Shown: positions 1-12,442 of the stretch, piece by piece
Numbering within the stretch: the first letter of the stretch is position 1
How the letters are laid out: the number at the start of each line of letters is the position of its first letter
Assembly: GCA_000708835.1 (NCBI GenBank)
Contig: DF237372.1
Location: 16,612-80,611 of the forward strand
Length of the DNA stretch: 64,000 nt
Origin: Klebsormidium nitens
Lineage: Eukaryota > Plantae > Klebsormidiophyceae
Direction of reading: 5' to 3'
Notes under the pieces: generated by a model
Database searches by the model: none
What the model saw: the letters and a program-made list of their open reading frames with translations, nothing else
What the model was told of the DNA's origin: nothing
Translations under genes and position numbers: made by a program

Positions 1-207
1 AATCCTGCCGGCGCAATTTTGGAGCATGCGAAAACCCCTCAAAGTGCAGCAGAAAAAGATGCTCCATCTTCGTAGTACCATGCAGACAATAAGCTTTCGT
101 AACTCTACGAGCCACAGCGCAGAATCCTGTTCGCTAAAGAGACATGTCAGATGCTGCTTGGCCTTGAGATGGTTATTTGAAACCTGGTTTGGAGCTGGGC
201 TGCTCAC

Positions 208-3200
208 CTCCTGTTTGAGGAACTCGTCCAGGGGCCCCTCCATGTCGTCCGTCAAAAAGCTCTTCAGGTCTAGTTCCTTGCCGGCCTTGAAAAGCGCGCC
301 CTCGCCCTGTCACATGAAACACAGTACATCAAGAAAGCGAATTGCATCGAAAGATCCGAGCCTAATATCAAGAATGTTACAATTGTGAACCAGAAGCTCA
401 GGGTAAGGAACAGGAAGTAACTCAAACGTACCGCCAAAACGAGCAAGGCAGGAAAGAAGCCGTTTTTATTGCTGGCCCCCATGACCGCCACGGGTCTGTC
501 TGAGCTTGAACAGTCACGTAGATATACTCGAAGGGCACATAAGAAAAGGGAGATGGGGCAAACCGAAGAATAGACGTCCCCCCGCCTTGTCCTATTCTTG
601 AAGTGCTTGCAAGGTGGCCCCCGCAATAAAAGAGTGCTGCCGCAAAGTGCGGCCGCGTGCGCAATCCTTCCACCTCTTCATTCTCTATCCTCAGAACCAT
701 GAGCTCCCCAATGAAGGGACATGTTGAATCCGCTCAAAGGCTTTAGGCAAGATAAGGAAACTAACGAGTCCCCGGAAACTAACGAGTCCCCTACCTTGTC
801 TTTCTTCAATGCTTGAAGGGCGGTCGCCGGAAAGTGCCGGCAGCGCACACATGCAAGTCTTCCACCTTTCCTCTATGGGATTCCAGATCGTGGGCTCTCA
901 GATCAGAGAAAGTGCAGATGAGCCAAGATAAGCGAGATGAGCCAATGTAAGCGCGAGAAAAAACAACGAAGCTCCTTACCTTGTCCTTCTTGAACGCTTG
1001 GAGGGCGGCCGCCGCAAAGTGCCGCCGCGCGCGCACATCCTCCGCCTTTTCGCTCGCCGTCTTTATGGAAGAAAGGTTCATCGCACCCGCCGCAATTGCC
1101 TTGCCGACAAAGTCACCCAGGTAGCGGGGAGCCTTCGGGAGGTCGATAGCTAGATCGTCTAACTGCTCGGCGAGAGCCATGAAGCTGGAAGAGGACGAAA
1201 CAGCGGTTTAGATGGCAGTTAAAATGACCGTTGAAGTGCCTGAGCAGAAGTTTTACACCTCAAGGAGTTGGGTTGATTTGCCCCGAATCCACTCAAGTAG
1301 CGGGGAGCCCTCGTAAGGTCGATAGCTAGGTAGTCTAGCTGCTTCGTGAGAGCCATGAAGCTGTGTAAGAGGAAAATACAGCGGTTTAAGTGGAGCTTGA
1401 AATGAGACTTAACTAAGTGCCCCAATGAGATGTTTTTACACCTCAAAAAGTTGCGGTCAGTTGTCCCGAAGTTACGCAGGGAGCGTGGAGCTTTGGGACG
1501 TCGATCGACAGGTCGTCTAGCTTCTCGGCCAAGGCCGTGAAAGTGGAAGATGTAGAAACAGCAATCAATGCCGCATCTGACGACGACTTATTTCACGGGT
1601 TCCATTCAAAAAGCCTTAAAAAGTTGGATGAACTTGCCCACGAAGTCGGCCAAATTTTTGGGGGCATCAACAAGTTTGTCAAGCTGCTCGACAAAGGCCG
1701 TGACTCAGCGCTGAAAAGCACTGAACCAGATGACAATCTAGATCTAGAAACGTCCAAATGACTGGGGCATCGCCATCCTCAAGGAAGCTTTAAGTGCTAA
1801 TCGCGTGTCAACAAAATTGCTGAGATTAACTAGACAACTCACCCCGCCTAGTTTCGTGGCAGTGATAGCCTTTTTGCGCAAAACACTTCGGGCAGCAGCT
1901 TCCCGCAGGGATTGCCTCACTATTCGCCTCTGTAAAGTAGCTAGAAGCGAAGAAAGAAAACAAACAAGAAATCAAAGAGAAAATCTTAAACTCACCCCGC
2001 CTCTAGTTCTTCGGCAGTGATAGCCTTTTGCGCAACCAGTCCCGGCAGCAACTTTCCGACGAGCTCCCTGTCGCGGTCCTTGCCTTCGAACCCAAGGTTG
2101 ACCGCGGTCTGGACGATGGTTGAGTGGTAAGACGGCGTCTTCAGCTCCGTCACGCACAGCGCCGCCTCCTTGATATCAGCCCTGGAAACGTGGGGGATGA
2201 CACATATTTCAGAAGCTGTGGTCACTGCTGACGTCAACATTCACTCCATGTGGAAATTGCAGTCTGGACGTTAGTAGATTGGTACGACGGCGTCTTGAGC
2301 TCACGCACAGCGCCACCTCCTGAATATTAGCCTTAGGTGGCTTATAAAAGAAGATGCACGTGAGAGATGAAGTGATTAGTGCTGACCTCAGCAGTTCGAT
2401 CTAATTTAGTGGCAGTCGTAACAACAGTCGATTGATAAGAAGGCGTTTTGAGGCTCCGTCACGCACAGCGCTGCCTCCTTGATATCAGACCTGGGGAAGA
2501 TAAGAGGACAAATGAGCCTCAGATGACGTGGTTAGTACTAACGTCAGTTTTCGTTCTGTGCTTAGGTCCTCATCAATTCTTTGAAAGGAACGGAAGCGGG
2601 CAATAAAATACTAGCTTCTCTGCCTTTTAAAAGTAAATAATCTGGCAGTCTGACTTGGGGAAGACACCCTCTGACTTAGGGAAGACGGGTATGAAGCAAC
2701 AAGCCTCACATCACGACGCTTGTCGTCCTTGCCATTAGGGCAGGTACGAAAACTGGCCAAGCGGCGAAGCAGAACAGCATGATGCTCGCTGCGTGAGTCA
2801 AAATGGAAAAACAAGGCGAATCCGATTGGTGGAAGCCTTTGTTGAAGCGAGAAACTTCAACCAAGGAACCAAGCAAGGTACCGCTTCTTCTCATTGTAAC
2901 AAAGGAACGAGAATGATTAGGACTGATCCAAGAGAACGAAGCACATGTTGAGGTCATGCTGATGTCGCATGCGCCCGCTATGTCAGCCGGGACAGAGCCC
3001 CGGTGACATTCTCAAAGGCGATGCAAGGTCTCGCGCCGTGTTACGGGTTACAGAGGCATGACGTGCCAGTGGGAACCGAAAAGAGAGCAGCGCTTGGGAG
3101 AGAATTTGAAACAATTCAACTCAATGGCTCGATAATCGACTGGGGAGAACGACAGGCCTGTACGACTTCCATAAAAGACTCAAGCACAGTCCCAACTCAA

Positions 3201-6200
3201 TGACTTAGGAAAAGATAACGGAAAACTTGTATAGCTTTCATAAGAGATTTGGGAACGAAGAAACAAAGCAACGCAAATTGATCCAAGTTACGTGCCAAAG
3301 AGAGTTTTGCATCAAAACCTGAAAACTGACCCTAATAGTTGAGATTCATGTGAAACAGGAACTTCCAGAAGCTTGCAATGGAAAGGACGCGGTGGACTTT
3401 GACCTGAAGGATATGCAACACATCCTACGAACAATACCGACTCGTTCCAAAGCGCACCAAAGTCGAAGGACATCAGCCGATGGGTGGTGATATATAGACT
3501 TGTCGTCAAAGATATTCAGACGAACGAGACCATAATGTTGTCATCACTTGCCCCCGAGCTTTGGTGCTTTCCAGATAAAAATTTCAGCAGATTCACAGCA
3601 AGCTGACAGCAACTTAAAAAAATATCAAATGGTTTAGACGTCAGATTGTGATTCCGCATCTTGACTCGCAATTCGGGCACCTTAACAACAGACGAAATTA
3701 GCAGAGCAGTTGGAACGCAGCGGCAACAACCAACAAGAGTAGAGAAGAACAATGGTTGAAAGCAGGAGCGTGCTCAAATCGTGGTTTACATAATAATAGC
3801 CGCAACCCAGCCAGTTCCCAGCAGAACCTGTGAAAAGAAGAGTACACACAACCTCACGAGGTACGATATTGATATATGAATAAGACAGGAGTGGGACACT
3901 TCCAAAGAACGAGCGCCTTAGAAACTCTCAGACACTACAGCCGAGACGAGAGAACTGATCTGCATGATGGGTCTGCATGATGAGGGAGCAGAAAGAAAGA
4001 GAAGAAATGCACTCACGCTGAAAGGTACTCCTTAAGGAACGAGTCCGTTTTCTTGACGAGCTGCTCCTCCTTCTCCTCGTCGGACAGCGGCTTCTCCTTC
4101 TTGGCTGCGGGTTTCTCGCTAATCGGGGCGCTAACCGGGGCGGGTTTCGGCTCGGGAGTGGGCTCCTTGCGGGCTGGTGGAGGGTTGGGCCTTGCTCCAG
4201 GGCCGCTGCCAATGAGAGCACTGCAGAAAGATGGCGAAGAACGTCAAAACAAGGCCTTTCAGAACGGAAGCCAAACTAAGGTGGGGGTGTTACAACCTTG
4301 ACGAAGAGTAGGCCTCGCTCCTCGATCGAGTACTATGATGTTACTGTGAAAAAAGGTCGAAGGACGCCAAAACAAGGCCTGGGCGGCATAACTAGTGATC
4401 AGTAAGTCTGGTACAAGAACGCTCAATCGATCGCAGAGCTGGGATACCCAAACCGCGTAACTTCGACCTCAGATTCAAGAGCAGAAAATGTCCAAACAAG
4501 GGCAGAAATTAAAGAACATCATGTGCTCGCTATTGGGAATCCTGGGAGAAATGACAAGACCCTGAGCAACTCTACCTAAATGCTTCCAGCATCAGACCCA
4601 CTGCAGGGACTATACCCGCCACTAGATTTGCCCTCCAAAGATAACAATCCGATAAAGTACAAAAGGACGCATAGGAGAGTTGTTCTGTCTCACCTGCTTT
4701 CTCCGGGCGGATTGTTCCCAACCACCAGATGCGTAGGCGCCCCTTTCCAAACTGAAGAGTGGAACGAACACACAAAATTCGTCCTCCGCACTCACCTGCT
4801 TTTACCGGCAAATTGTTGTGGGGGCGGAATACGTTGGGGGCCCATTCCCGGCAGCAGAGTCGGAGGCCCAGTAGAGACCGGGGGAATGGCCGGGGGAGCG
4901 CCCGGAAGATTCGCCAGCCTCGGGGCGCGCTTTCCGCTCAGCCCGACGACCTCCCAACCATCTTCCACCGGGACAGGTGGCACAACCGGGCCACGTGAGG
5001 GTCCCTCGGGGAAGAGGGGACCGTCTGGAAAAAAGGGTAAAAGGCCATTGGTCACTAACTTTGTCAGCAAAAATTGATGAACCGTTTGCCAGCCTTGAGG
5101 CGCGCTTTGCCCACTCAGCTCGAAGACTTCCCATCCCTCTTCGCCAGAACAGGGGGCACAACCGGGCTCCGGGAAGGACCTTGAGGAAAGAGGGGGCGTT
5201 AATAGACACAAAGCCGGTCAGCTTCGAACAGTATCTTCAAGTAAATCTTGAAATATTGGTAAGCCAGGAATTGTGCTTTCCGCTGAGCCCAACAACCTTT
5301 GATCCGTCTTCTACCCCAACAGGCGGCACGACCAGAACATGTGAGGTCCTTCAGGGAAGAGCTAACCGTCTGGGAAAAGCGGGAAGGAGTTCATAAAGCT
5401 TCGAAAACTGCTGAGGTAAGACATTTAAGGATTCACCAGACTGGGGCGCGCTTTCCGAGGTGGGCCCCGATGCATCTGGGAGGGGCGTTAAGAAAAGAGA
5501 CTGGTGGCACGATGTAACCACAGGAGGGGCCTCTGAAGTACAGGCAATTGCTTAGGGAGAAATAGAAGATACTTGTAGTTCGCTCGTGAGGTAGTTCCAT
5601 GACCTGCCAAAAAGTTCGAAGAAGACAAGCAATAACAAGACAGCAAACCTACGAGAAGTCGAAGAGCGGAACAAAGAAAGCACTTTCCCACTTACCCCTC
5701 ATTCCCTTGGGCGGGATCAGCCCGAACTGCGCTTCTAGCGACTTGTTGCTCGTCGTCGTCACCTTCAGCTCTTCCCTACGCGGCACCCAGTTGTTGGCGC
5801 GCCTCTCAATCAGATCGCGCACGAGGAAGCGGATGCGCGTCTGCAGCTTGCGATTCGTCTGGAGCGTCTTGAGGGACTCGAAGTACTCCCCAACAAACTT
5901 CTTACTGTTGGGCTTCATCTCCAGCTGCTTGCCGACCTGAGTGAGTAGGATAAAATGCAATGAGAAGGACTTCTGAGTTTGACAAATGCAACTTGGCAAA
6001 TGCGTTCCTTCCTATCCTACTGCCAGACGGCTTCGCTGAGTTCCGTTCCAGTCCTAGCTGCTTTACAACCTGAAGACAGTGGACATCATATTGTCTGAAC
6101 AAGAACTGCAAGTGGTGCAACAAACGACGCGTTAAGTGCAGAGCTCATGCTAGGTGTGAGGAGTCAATTGGTGAGTCATAGGGGTCGAATAACATTCCCA

Positions 6201-9200
6201 ACAAATTATAACTAACACCTAAGTCGAGTCAAGTAGACACGATGATCCCCCGGAAGCAGGGCCCAGAATCCGACAAGAAATGGAAACCAACAAGACGGGT
6301 ACGGGAACAACTTTGTACAAGTATGTGCAGAGACGACTTCAGTTTCCAAGCCGTGCTAAAAAACATGCAAGACCAACTTTCCCAACACGGAGGCATGCCA
6401 CTTCCAAATAGGCAGGGAAGAGAAGCCGGAAAGATGAAACATGTTGTCTACCGCCAAACAAACAGAGCATAAAGGCTTTTAAAGAGGAAAAAAGGTGTTC
6501 CTCCGTATGCAGAGAAGAGAAGCCAGAAAGATAGAAAGACGTGTCTATTGCCCAACAAAAGGAGCAAAACAAATTGAAAAAAGAGAAAAAGACGTTCCTC
6601 CAAAACAGCAGAGACGAAAGCCGGAAAGAGAGAAAGGTACATCAACAATCCTTTACCGTGGTGAGGAGATGCACGAGCGCCTCGGTATTCTCCTCAACGG
6701 GCTCAGCCTTGGGGTCGCCCAGCAGCTGTTGCAGGCACGCATGGACGATCTTCTCAGGAATCATCTTCTGCTTGTACAGCTCTCCAATGAGCTTGATGTT
6801 GCCCATTGTGCGCCGCTTCACCGTCAGCTCTTTATCTGCGCGCTCGGCAGCCTCCTCCGTTTTCTGCAGACAACAAAGCGAGAACTCTTTTATTGTCCAC
6901 CCAGTAGGATTTGACTTTGACTAACACAACTTTAGTCAAAGTTGCCAATCAGTCAATTCGTTGCGGCTTGACCTTCTGCTCCGTGTCTGCCGCCTCTTCT
7001 CCCCCCTTCAGAAACATACTGGCAACGGTTTTGAATTCAGAGTAATGGACTTGCTTGTACAGCTCTGACGGCAGCCTCTAAGCTGCCCATCGTGCGCCCT
7101 TTCACCGTCTGCTCCTCGTCTGGGCGCTCTGCGCCCTTCCGAGTTCTCCCCGAATGGAGGGGTACTGAGATTAGTCGCACCATCTTCATCAATCTTCCTC
7201 ATCCTGAAAGCCCCCTCAACTCCTCTCTCAAAAGTGTTTGGGCATCAGAAACCAGCATCCTGAAGCGTAAACATCATTTAGCACACCCTGTATCCTGAGG
7301 AAAAGCCCGTTACCGTCATCCTCTTGACTTCATCCCGGAGGCTCTCCGCTGCCTCAAACTCTTCCTGGCACGTGTTGAGCATGACGCGCCGGAAGGTGAC
7401 GGGCTTGTCCTCTCCCTCGTTGAACTCGGGGAGCGCCTTGGACAGCTTCACGCACAGCTCCGCATACAGGGGACAGAACGTCGGCTCGAGCACAGCCTTG
7501 TCGAAGATCTGCAAACAATTGATAAACAACCATCAGGAGCTGCCACGTGGCAAAATTGAGAGGTTCAGGCGCGAAGAGATTCTCATACACAGGACAGAAA
7601 CGTCGGTTTCGAGTATTATTTTCGTGAAGATCTCCAAGTGCTAGAAGCACACATGACATACCATTATCGGCATAGGGTCAATGCAACAAAAGCACCACAA
7701 TCTGCCTTCCCAAAGAGCGCAAGAAGCCAATCGAACCTGAGACAACCCCAACCCAAACCATTGTGGCATGTTTAAGCACACTCGTGGCGGCCTGAGATTG
7801 GTTCTATGAGATTCATTGGCTGTTCACACCATATATTATCTGATAGACACCGGAGTCAAGAAGGCAGTGACCAAGAAGGCTAAAACCGGACTAATCTCCT
7901 AAAAACCCCATAAAAGGCGTAGTGCCAAACGATCCAGATGACGCAGACTCCACCAATCATCCTTACCAGGCTGATGACGCCTCGGAGCATGTCAGCGTTG
8001 CTGATCCCCGCGCTCACAATCTGGTTGAACAGCTTCTCGTAATTGTCGGGCGTCAGCTTGTTGAGCACACCCTTGACTGTCTTATACAGCTTCTCGCTGG
8101 GGTCCTGCACGCCACCCGCCTTCCAGGGGTTCGCCGTCTTGACGATTCCGGGGGCGGGGCCGGCCGCCTGCAAAGGTCGTTAGGATCAATTTGATCAGTT
8201 CTGCTTTCAAAACTAATTCCAAGTTCTTTGGTGCAGTTTGAACACTTTTTGAGGTGTGCGTAGTTGCATCATACCAAGATGCAACCCTGCTGCAGTTGCT
8301 GGGCCCGCAGATCGGGGGTTTGCTGGCTTTGACAATCACGCGGGAAAGGCCGATCAGCTGAATGGGAAAAAAGTGTCCCATATCATAAGGCTAAATTAGC
8401 TACCATGACCACCTTCAAGGGTCTCAACGACGAGGTAAAGTGAGGGCATACCATCAGAAAATCTGTATGAAACTTTGCCAACCTCCTGACATGTTACTGA
8501 ACCCCTCATCAACCAAGAACTTTCTGTCAAGATTCAGCACATCAGGAAAACGCAGTACCAAAGGAGTGCTTCCTGAGTATGACGGCTGCAGAATTAGCGG
8601 GCCAGTTTTAGACAACCAGATCCGCTGCTCACCTGTGGCTACGCTCAGAGTACCGTAACAACAAGTGCTTCCTTAAACAACGACGAACTTAGCAAGCCAG
8701 GTATAGATGAACCCCATATCCAGTGCTCACCTGAGGCTGCGGCCTTGGCGCCTCAATCGGCTGCCTCGTCTCAACTCGCCCCTCGCCATTTGCACCTTTT
8801 CCACCCTTTCCGCCCTGCTTCGGCCCCCGCTTATCCTGGGGGGTGGCCGGCCTGGGGGCAACTCCGTTTTGCTCCGCCTGCTCCGGGGGCGGGGGGGGAA
8901 GTGGAGTTCTAGCCTTCCAGTCCCTGTCATCGGCCTGCGAGGGAAGCTTAAAAGGTTTAGGGAATAACAATGCAAAGAAGGTGATGTGGGGCAATCTAAA
9001 CTCCAAGTAGAAAACCCACGTAAAACCCCCAAGGATTTGAAAGTGAGCCGATAGCTTGTCTGAGAAAATGTTCGCAGGGCAAAAAAATCTGTCCATCAAG
9101 CAAGCCCAAAAATAAAGCTGCAAACCTTTGACCGATTGATGGAGAGATGACCACATTCACCATGGACCAACGAGCAGATGATAGTAATCATCACTGAAAA

Positions 9201-12069
9201 AACAGACTTCCAAGAATTCATCCACGGATACATCCATGGATGTCCAAGGACTGATCCACGGGTTAATTGACAGCCAGAAGTGGAAATGGATCTCACCACA
9301 GGGGCTGTGGGGGGAGCGGGTCCGAGGTCTCGTCGGGTGTTCCAGTTGCCATCTGCCTGGGATTGTCCATCAGCCCTCAGCAGCGCAAGGCCGGCTGAGA
9401 GCAGCTCCTTGGGGATCCCTTTGGAAACCTGCACCAGTTCAAAAACGGGTTAACTTTGTTCACAAGGATCACGAGCTGAGGGCTTGCTTGTTCCAGGAGG
9501 AACGAGTTGGGACGCATAGGAAACCTTTTGTGAGACTTTTCCAAGTGGCCTCCAACAAGCAGCTTTCCGGGACTAGCACTGAAAGGTCTGAAGAAAGGAG
9601 GAACGGTTTGAAAAGGTGAATGGATGATTTCCAACACTCTCAGCAAACATGTATGTTTTGAGGAGAGCAGCAGTTGCCTGAACTGGGGGGTCCAAAGAAC
9701 TAGGCTAAGTTGGGTGTGGTCGTTCATGCTACTCTTTTGTTGGGTCTACCTGTCAAGGTGCGTCCATCGAACATGGCCCTTCTTTCTGATCTGCGCCCAG
9801 AAGAAACCGAAGAAAACCTCTTTCATAGAGGATGATCGAGTGTTGCCCTCGTGAGAGGCAATCAAAGAACGGAAAACAGGAAATGAAGCTCACCTCTTTC
9901 AGCTTCAGCAGCTCAGACTGATTGTACCGGTGCCTGTCAGTGCTGCCAGGGGCCCTCTGCTCTGCTGGAGACGGGCCGAGGTCATCAACCTGAGAAACGC
10001 AGAAGAACAGTCTGATCAGAGTGGTTTCTTTCAGACTTGATTTCCAAGCCTCTTGCTTCTTTATTCCTGAACCCGCCTTTCTAGAGAAAAACGGAAACCC
10101 TTTGCTCAGACAATAAGCAAGCTCGTTTCAAATTTTAGGAGGCAAGTGACAGAGTCTGGCTGCTTCAGAGCACAGAACATCTGTTCTAAAAGCCGCTTCC
10201 CCTTTCAAGATTAACTAAACCGTCGGGGGTGGGAGAACACAGAAGACCGCTCAGCTCACAGAGCTTTTCAGAAGCACGAGACATTTCTTGATCCACCACT
10301 GAGTCAAGGCCTCTTCTAAAAAGGAAAGGACCATCGCAGCAATGTGTATACCAGAAGGAAGATTGCAGATGTTGCTAGTAGTTGCAGCATCAACAACAAA
10401 ACTCGTCGACAAGACTGCCCAATACACCATGCTAGACAGACTGCGAACATGGATAGCCGCTCAAAAGTTTCTACATCATATGAGGGCAAGTCGACGTGGC
10501 TTTCCACCACAAGATGCGCGAAAGGAAGTCAACAAAGCTCAAATCACATATGATAAAGAGTCCTTTTCAAAGTGCCCCCTTCTTCTTGCTTTCTAATGAG
10601 AAACAAGGACGATCAAGGGGACTCCTAAGGACCCTTGCCAAGAGAACAAGACTACATGCCTCATGCCAAGTTGGTGGTCTGCCAAGCTACGAGCGCTATG
10701 TCTGGGTGGTGCAACTATAGCTTCGAGCACCGCACTTCCCTGGTTTTAGATTAGAGGATCCGCTGGAGACCAAAGGAACAAGTGCGACGCTGATCAATGC
10801 AGTCAGCATGTCTTCTCGTCTGAAGATTAAGAAATATTCAATCTCGTAGAACACATGCCTCTCGACTGTAGTGGCAATATTTGCACTCATGAGATCACAT
10901 GACACCTTGCCACAAGAGACAATCTTTTCGGCACAACTTGTAGCCACAGCACATCAAGCGCCCCAAACCATGTTCCGGGGTTCTTCCAATGAGAGCTTTT
11001 GAGGGACCCCCGAAAGCATAATTCAAAGGGACCAGTGCAAAGGTTCGTCCAAAACAGGCGGGGAACCAACGGAACCCAACACCGAGATCCAAAACGAGAA
11101 AGGTCCGTGCTGCTGCTGTCAGGAAAAAATTAGAGTGTATGTTGTTTAATCGCTCACAGAGGATCGCGACAAAGATTTCCTCATCATTCAGCAGCAGCTA
11201 CCTTGACATGTTTCCTTTAAAGAGAGTGACCGCCAAAGCGAAATGCGTGGTTTGCTCTATCTTGTCCAATGCTGCCAGAGAAGCATCAATTCGATGCTGC
11301 CGAGCGAGATATATGAGAACAAAGACAACGCAGTGTGGCGCCTCTGTATTCACCTCCGAACCCCTCTTGCCACGTTCATTAATTCTCAGCCTCCCTCCAT
11401 TGACATCAACAACATGAAACCCTAGGGTTTACAGCGCAATCCACATGCCTCAGGCTTTTGTAACCTTTACCAACAGAATGTCGGAGACGCAAGTATGAAA
11501 TGCAGAGAGGGCTTTTTCAGAATGGACACAACCACGCATGCAAAACCCTTTCCACATTAGAATGTCAGCAACGAATCCTCATTAATCGCGCTTGCTATTG
11601 CACGTCGTTAACAAGGATCACTATCTCAAGGTACCACTTTGCCAATATGGTTACCGCCAGGCTTCAAAACATATGCCTATGTAAGGCACCCAGCTTGAAA
11701 AGAAACAACCATTACCAACTCAAAAGAGAAACCATCCGTACAGTGACTCAGAGTTATCCTCATCTGGGCCTGGCACCGCACTCGAAACAAATGTGTTACC
11801 TGTTGCGCCTTGCTTGGTGCTGCCTGTCGCACGGCCCCCGCACTAAGACTGGGGCCTCCAGGTCTCAGAGAGACCCCTCCCCACGGGCGTAATGACACTC
11901 CCCCTCCTGGGCGCAGTGAAACGGACGAGCCCCCACCTGGCCTCAAACTCACATTGCTCGCACCATGGTTAACGCTCTGGTTAGCCTCGGGGTTGCCTGG
12001 CGCATCTCCGCTTGAAGTAGCCGGGTTTGCCTCGGAATGGTTATCCACGGGAGTGCTCTTGTCCATCAT
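208..12069 (-). CDS. eIFiso4G: Eukaryotic translation initiation factor eIF(iso)4G (eIF4E-binding motif, MIF4G, MA3); 3' end outside window
   Basis: 13 GT-AG exons with consistent phases: 11800-12069, 9894-9989, 9297-9428, 8731-8934, 7967-8167, 7314-7508, 6657-6863, 5696-5936, 4796-5054, 4017-4220, 1996-2181, 980-1184, 208-306 (2499 nt, 833 codons, no stop reached). Motifs: N-terminal SLRPGGG, YNQSELL (YxxxxLL), MIF4G (KTVKGVLNKLTP; IFDKAVLEPTFCPLYA; GNIKLIGELYKQKMIPEKIVH; RIRFLVRDLIERRANNWVPRREE), MA3 (LDDLAIDLPKAP). Upstream is open to a possible acceptor near 12144, so the start codon is uncertain. Confidence 0.95.
3467..3554 (-). ncRNA. Intronic box C/D snoRNA, dual 18S rRNA guide (U33/snR55-like D guide plus a D' guide)
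   Basis: Minus strand: C box GTGATGA (3541-3547), D' CTGA (3516-3519), C'-like TTGACGA (3503-3509), D CTGA (3473-3476), terminal stem GGGGCA/TGTCCT. Guides GGTCTCGTTCGT and CACCACCCAT are antisense to conserved 18S sequences ACGAACGAGACC and AUGGGUGGUG. Same strand as host gene. Confidence 0.88.
11109..11198 (-). ncRNA. Intronic box C/D snoRNA, snR53-like 18S guide
   Basis: Minus strand: C box ATGATGA (11181-11187), D CTGA (11119-11122), perfect 10-bp terminal stem GCTGCTGCTG/CAGCAGCAGC. D guide ACACTCTAATTTTTTC is antisense to 18S GAAAAAAUUAGAGUGU. Lies in intron 1 of eIF(iso)4G. Confidence 0.88.
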
Positions 12070-12442
12070 ATGGATCTCAGCGCTAGGGGCGACTTTGACC
12101 GCGGGAAACCCTCTCTTCTCCTTCTGCTGCGCTTTTTCTTGACCCTGTGATCCAATGCAAAGTAAGAAACTTTGTTTTAGTCAAATAGATCAGCTAGCGG
12201 CTTTGCTGCAAATCTATTGCCGGCGCTGAACTCAGTAGCCAAGGCAGGGAGGGAAGGGACAACGTGTCAGTGCAGAGCTGTCGTCCTGGTGCTGAACGAA
12301 CCTAACAGCGTCCCAATGCTGGCGGCGACGCCATTGTTGAGGCGTTGAAGAAGGAAAAATTGTGCTGGGTGCCAGCATGAACCGTGAATGTTGTTGACAT
12401 CATGATCAAGTGGACAAGAGCTGGACAAGAGCTGGGTCAAAT

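Noticed and set aside
9188-9194. Extra C-box-like motifs (also 8506-8512 on minus and 15495-15501 on plus)
   Set aside because: No suitably spaced D box, terminal stem or recognisable rRNA guide.
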